From positions 10,750-74,749 of the forward strand of contig DAIENX010000007.1 of NCBI GenBank assembly GCA_027340875.1: a stretch of 64,000 nt of DNA. The letters run 5' to 3'. The translations under genes and the position numbers were made by a program. The stretch is from Elusimicrobiota bacterium. Lineage in GTDB: Bacteria; Elusimicrobiota; Elusimicrobia; Elusimicrobiales; UBA9959. How positions within the stretch are numbered: the first letter of the stretch is position 1; each line of letters opens with the position of its first letter. Shown here in pieces: positions 60,439 to 64,000 of the stretch. A model generated the notes under the pieces. That model did not search any database. It was not told the DNA's origin and saw only the letters and a list, made by a program, of their open reading frames with translations.

Positions 60439-61626
60439 CTAGCAGCCGCCGAGTATGCGCTTGGCCTTCTTGACCGCCGGCTCCGCCGGCGCGGCCTTGA
60501 GCAGGCCGGGCACGATCCGCTTCGCTTCCTCGCGGAAACGGTAGGCGTTGTCCCGCTCGAAAGCGGAAGCGCCGGCCGCCGGCTTGAAATCCAGTATCCG
60601 GTCCCTGAACGCCTTCAGCCCGCCCTCCAGTATCCTTATGTCCCGGAAGCCCAGCCTGTCGGCGATGAAGGCCATCCTGCGCTCCGTCTGTTCGTCCTCG
60701 GCCGCGAACACGTAGGTCAGCCCGCGGGTCAGCAGGGTCCTGGCGGCCTGCTTCTCGAACAGCCCTCCGGCAGTGAACGGCACCGAGCCCGGCAGCGGCA
60801 TCTTGGCGCGCGCCTCCTCGGGCCGGAAATCCACGATGCGCATCTTATCCCCGCCGTCCATCAGCCTGAGCGCGAACTCGTCGGGGGTCATCGCGTCGGC
60901 CTTATAGGCCTGCGCGGCCCCCGGGGCCTCGGAGGCCTCGAGCAGCGAGGCCTTCCTGGAGGGCATCAGCAGGGCTGCCGCGGCCAGCACCAGCCCCGCG
61001 GCTCCGAGCCCGGCGTAGTACGGCGTGAACCGCACCGCCGGCCTCTTCACGCCGTTGACCCTGTTCTCTATGATAGAGACGGCCCAGAAAGCCCCGAGCG
61101 CGGCCAGCACCAGCAGGAAGGCGAACAGGCTCTGCGAGATGCGCAGGCTGTCGAAGACCTGCGGACTGCCCCACGGCGCGGCCATATAGAGCTTCACGAA
61201 CAGCGGATAGCCCTCGGCGAAGATGAACACGCCGAGGAAGGCGCCGCCTATGAAGACCATCGCGTCCAGCTTGCCTATGGCCGCCGCGCAGATACTGGTG
61301 CCCGGGCAGAACCCGCCAACCACGAAGCCCAGCCCCATTATCAGGCCGCCGACTATGGCGGCCCAGAGGAAGGTCGGGTTTATGTAGACCAGGCTCATGT
61401 CCAGCAGGCCGAAGTGCTCTAGGCCTATCACGCCCAGCATGGCCGTCACGCCGGCGGTGAAGAACACGCGCAGCACCGTGAAGTCATAGCCGTAGAACAG
61501 GCCCACCAGCTTCCTCGTGCTCGAGAAGCCGGCCTGTTCCAGCACCATGCCGAAAAGCAGCCCTACCCCCAGGGCTACGAGATAGTTCAGATTGTTGCTG
61601 ATTATGTCTGGTACTAAAGGCCCCAT
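60439..61626 (-). CDS. YeeE/YedE-family sulfur-compound transporter fused to a C-terminal rhodanese-like domain
   Basis: The hydrophobic N-terminal half has VVGGFCPGTSICAA (the conserved YeeE Cys motif). The C-terminal ~110 aa look rhodanese-like (RIVDFRPEE, LPGSVPF, ILEGGLKAF). Where the catalytic Cys loop is expected the sequence reads YVFAAEDEQTE, with no Cys. Confidence 0.8.
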   Translation of the reverse strand: MGPLVPDIISNNLNYLVALGVGLLFGMVLEQAGFSSTRKLVGLFYGYDFTVLRVFFTAGVTAMLGVIGLEHFGLLDMSLVYINPTFLWAAIVGGLIMGLGFVVGGFCPGTSICAAAIGKLDAMVFIGGAFLGVFIFAEGYPLFVKLYMAAPWGSPQVFDSLRISQSLFAFLLVLAALGAFWAVSIIENRVNGVKRPAVRFTPYYAGLGAAGLVLAAAALLMPSRKASLLEASEAPGAAQAYKADAMTPDEFALRLMDGGDKMRIVDFRPEEARAKMPLPGSVPFTAGGLFEKQAARTLLTRGLTYVFAAEDEQTERRMAFIADRLGFRDIRILEGGLKAFRDRILDFKPAAGASAFERDNAYRFREEAKRIVPGLLKAAPAEPAVKKAKRILGGC

Positions 61627-61636
61627 ATATCTCTCC

Positions 61637-62176
61637 TCATATCCAGAGCTTCCGGACGAAGTACGCGAAGCCGTACGCGCCGGCGAAGATGAAGATCATC
61701 GTTATTATGCCGCCGGTGGACATCACGGCCATGCCGCTCAGCGCCGCTCCGCTGGTACAGCCGCGGCCCAACTGCGCGCCGATGCCCCACAGAACGCCGC
61801 CGGCCAGCGCGCCCCAGACCCTCATCCTGTTGGTGGCGGAAGGTCCCTTGTCGAACCTGAAGGCCAGCCGGTCGGAGATCAGGCCCGACAGGAAGGCGCC
61901 GATGATCACGCCGACCGCCTCGAAGACCAGCCAGTTCTTGAGCGGCCCCTCGGGGTGCTGCGCCGCGTATTCGCTGTAGAACTCTGACGACGCCGCGTGA
62001 CCCGGCGCCACCGCCTGCACCGCCGCCACCACTCCGCTCTTCAGCGCGCCGCTGGCCCCAAGTCCGCGGCCCGTCATGAAGATCGTGGCCAGCAGTACCA
62101 TACCCAGCAGGAAGCCCGCCAGGTACGGGTTCATATACTTAGTCTCTTGCGCGTCTTTTACGTGTTCACTCTTCAT
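61637..62176 (-). CDS. YeeE/YedE-family membrane protein
   Basis: Size is 179 aa with 4 helices. GRGLGASGA and GRGCTSGAALSG motifs. It pairs with the downstream YeeE gene. Confidence 0.8.
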   Translation of the reverse strand: MKSEHVKDAQETKYMNPYLAGFLLGMVLLATIFMTGRGLGASGALKSGVVAAVQAVAPGHAASSEFYSEYAAQHPEGPLKNWLVFEAVGVIIGAFLSGLISDRLAFRFDKGPSATNRMRVWGALAGGVLWGIGAQLGRGCTSGAALSGMAVMSTGGIITMIFIFAGAYGFAYFVRKLWI

Positions 62177-62786
62177 CTTCCAGCTCCTCCCAGCCCGTCA
62201 ACATGGCCTTCAGGTTGGACGTCACGGTGCTGCCGGTGGTCATAAGGTAAAGGTGCCCGATCAGGAACGCCGCCAGCGCGAAGGCGCAGGCCGTATGCAC
62301 CAGCGCTACGGGGCCCAGGGAGCCGGCCGACAGGAAGCCCGGCAGGCCGCCGCCCTGGTAGCGGTAGAACATGTACAGCAGGCCGGACAGCAGCGTGGCC
62401 GGCAGCAGGAAGACCTTCAGGCCGAAGTAGGCCAGCTTCTGCAGCGGGTTCAGCTTGGAATGCGCGGTCTTCTTGGTAGGGTGCGGCGCGTTCCGGAAGA
62501 TACCGAACACGTAGTACTCCAGCTGCGCCGAGATGTTCTTCGTGGTCGGCACGTACTGTTTCCATTCGCCCGTGGTGAAATGCCAGAAGATAGCGAAGGC
62601 TATCAGCACCATCAGCAGCCAGGTGGCGTCGTTGTGGTAGCGGACGGCGTCCCTGAAGCCGAGGAAGGAATAGGCGCCGTGTATCTCGAACCCGGTGAAG
62701 CCGAGGAAGATGATCAGCACGGCCTGCGTCCAGTGCCAGAACCGCTCGAAGCCGGTGTAGATCCTCACTTTCTTATGCGTCTTCAT
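62166..62786 (-). CDS. b-type dihaem cytochrome membrane subunit (FdnI / Ni-Fe hydrogenase cytochrome b family)
   Basis: GFERFWHWTQAVLIIFLGFTGF, four helices with conserved His residues (HW, HG, YHND, VHT, GH). ATGA overlap with the upstream cytochrome c gene. Confidence 0.8.
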   Translation of the reverse strand: MKTHKKVRIYTGFERFWHWTQAVLIIFLGFTGFEIHGAYSFLGFRDAVRYHNDATWLLMVLIAFAIFWHFTTGEWKQYVPTTKNISAQLEYYVFGIFRNAPHPTKKTAHSKLNPLQKLAYFGLKVFLLPATLLSGLLYMFYRYQGGGLPGFLSAGSLGPVALVHTACAFALAAFLIGHLYLMTTGSTVTSNLKAMLTGWEELEDEE

Positions 62787-64000
62787 TTTTTCTCACCGCC
62801 TTTGTAGGCCCTGCGGCTGATGATGCGGCCCGCGCCGTGCAGCAGCACGCCCAGCAGGGTTACTATCAGCATCAGCTTCCCCAGTATATCTAGCGCTTTA
62901 GAGCGGTCCCTGCCCGGCAGGTAGAAGCCGTTCAGTCCCGCCAGACGGCCGCCGTCACGCTCGTGGCATTCCGAGCATTTCAGCGTCTCTTCCTTGGGCG
63001 CAACCATGTGGTTCAGGGGCCAGTTCATGTCGGTACGGATGAAGGTTATCTTGCCGCTGAACGGCAGCCCGACCTTCTTCATGCCGAGCCGCGCGGCCGA
63101 CTGCCAGTCGAAGTCCTTCCAGAAGCCGCCCTCGCCTTTCCTGTCGGCGTACAGCTTCGGCTGTATCAGCGTCTTATTTACCGGGTCGAAGGGCTGGTTG
63201 GCCCGGTGCACCTTCACCGGTATTATCTTCGCGTTGTCGTCGGAATAGGAGCCGTAGAGCGGGTTCAGCACCAACGGCTTCGAGGTATCCTCCACCTTGT
63301 CGCCGCTCAGGTAATGCGAGGCGGTGCCGTTGGACCAGGCGTATTCCGGCTTCAGGTGGTCGCCCCACTTGAACGAGCCCTTTATCGACAGGTAGGTATG
63401 GTTGCCCCGCTCGTCCTCCTCGGAATAGGGCTTGCCGTCCCTGAGCTTTCCAGCCGTGGACCAGTCCCAGAACACCTTGGTGGAGTTGGCCTTGGCGTAG
63501 AGCGGGATGTGGCAGCTCTGGCAGGCCACTTTGGCGGTATGCTCGTTGATCACCCTGTCCTTGTGCGGCGAGGCGGTGTGGCACCGCTCGCAGGTGACCC
63601 GGTTACGGTCCATGGACGAAAGCGAGTACATCTTTCCGGAGATCTCGTGGTTCTCCGTGAGGTGGCAGTCGACGCACTGCATGTTGGCGCCGTTCTGCGC
63701 CATGTGCACGTCCAGTTCTCTGGAGGGCTCGAACTGCGCCTTCTCCAGGTCCCCGTGCTTGACGTTGTTGCCGCCGCCGCCGAAGAAGTGGCAGATGCCG
63801 CAGTTGGCGCGCCTGGGCAGGCCGACGCTGCGGGCCGCAGCGCCGAGGTCCACTTTCGGGTCCGGCGCGCCGCCCATGTCGGAGCCTTTCGCGTAGGTCT
63901 CGGAATTGTCGTGGCAGACCAGGCAGTCCACGTCATCGGGGTCCTTAGGTACGGAGCCGTCCGCGTTTCGCCCGTAGCCCGGGTGGCACTTGGCGCAGCT
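62783..64000 (-). CDS. Multihaem c-type cytochrome, octahaem tetrathionate-reductase-like family (5' end outside the window)
   Basis: Seven CXXCH motifs fall in the window: CAKCH, CLVCH, CGICH, CVDCH, CERCH, CQSCH and CSECH. The first comes from my own translation of 63932-64000, upstream of the track's GTG start. There is a C-terminal membrane helix. The frame stays open to the window edge. Confidence 0.85.
   Translation of the reverse strand, partial: SCAKCHPGYGRNADGSVPKDPDDVDCLVCHDNSETYAKGSDMGGAPDPKVDLGAAARSVGLPRRANCGICHFFGGGGNNVKHGDLEKAQFEPSRELDVHMAQNGANMQCVDCHLTENHEISGKMYSLSSMDRNRVTCERCHTASPHKDRVINEHTAKVACQSCHIPLYAKANSTKVFWDWSTAGKLRDGKPYSEEDERGNHTYLSIKGSFKWGDHLKPEYAWSNGTASHYLSGDKVEDTSKPLVLNPLYGSYSDDNAKIIPVKVHRANQPFDPVNKTLIQPKLYADRKGEGGFWKDFDWQSAARLGMKKVGLPFSGKITFIRTDMNWPLNHMVAPKEETLKCSECHERDGGRLAGLNGFYLPGRDRSKALDILGKLMLIVTLLGVLLHGAGRIISRRAYKGGEKK

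Overview
This is a visibly GC-rich bacterial chromosomal segment from a diderm organism, since bamA, skp-like, lpxD/C/A/I/B, fabZ and msbA are all present. I saw no rRNA, tRNA, CRISPR array or recognisable transposase or integrase.

The window splits into two parts. Part A (about 1.5-35 kb) is an accessory region unusually dense in radical SAM (rSAM) genes. I count 19 rSAM genes there, or 20 in the window with rlmN.

The core of part A is a minus-strand gene train of about 24 kb and 23 genes, running from 31154 down to 7373. No intergenic gap in it exceeds 24 nt, and many junctions are ATGA, TGATG or 8-nt overlaps. A consensus-like sigma70 promoter and a structured leader of about 185 nt precede it.

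The gene train contains:
- a nitrogenase-like pair: a NifH/BchL-type ATPase fused in one polypeptide to a component-1 (NifK/BchB-like) domain, followed by a separate NifD/BchN-like protein
- 14 rSAM genes, nine of which share a C-terminal CX2CX5CX3-(mostly aromatic) motif
- a tandem rSAM protein whose second half has lost the cluster cysteines
- an A24 (prepilin-peptidase-like) membrane protein
- a possible ABBA-fold (prenyltransferase-like) protein
- a module resembling the His-Xaa-Ser (Hxs) system
- two exported proteins that share a Cys-rich domain and sit near the two ends of the gene train

Next to the gene train are three HemN-like (class C) rSAM genes interleaved with ygeW and ygeY, a B12-binding rSAM gene, and a separate mini-operon. 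The mini-operon has a consensus promoter, an unannotated 36-codon Lys-rich ORF, a 10-bp hairpin and an rSAM/SPASM maturase.

My leading interpretation is an uncharacterised cofactor-tailoring pathway, possibly acting on a tetrapyrrole, or alternatively a peptide-tailoring pathway, built around a nitrogenase paralogue. From memory, unverified here, nitrogenase paralogues co-located with suites of rSAM genes were noted in groundwater Elusimicrobia metagenomes (Meheust et al., ISME J 2020). I know of no biochemical characterisation.

Part B (about 35-64 kb) is mostly housekeeping:
- a CrtI-like flavoprotein
- a secreted barnase-family RNase with barstar
- PIN-PhoH2
- the outer-membrane and lipid A cluster
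- a Rel/SpoT homologue
- a GGQ release-factor-domain protein
- a YejM-like sulfatase
- rlmN
- a sulfur module: a YeeE fusion to a rhodanese-like domain, a second YeeE, cytochrome b, and a multihaem c-type cytochrome that runs off the window end

Many long ORFs in the track are antisense or out-of-frame artefacts of high GC. Several track ORFs are also 5'-extended, because the track translates GTG and TTG starts as M.
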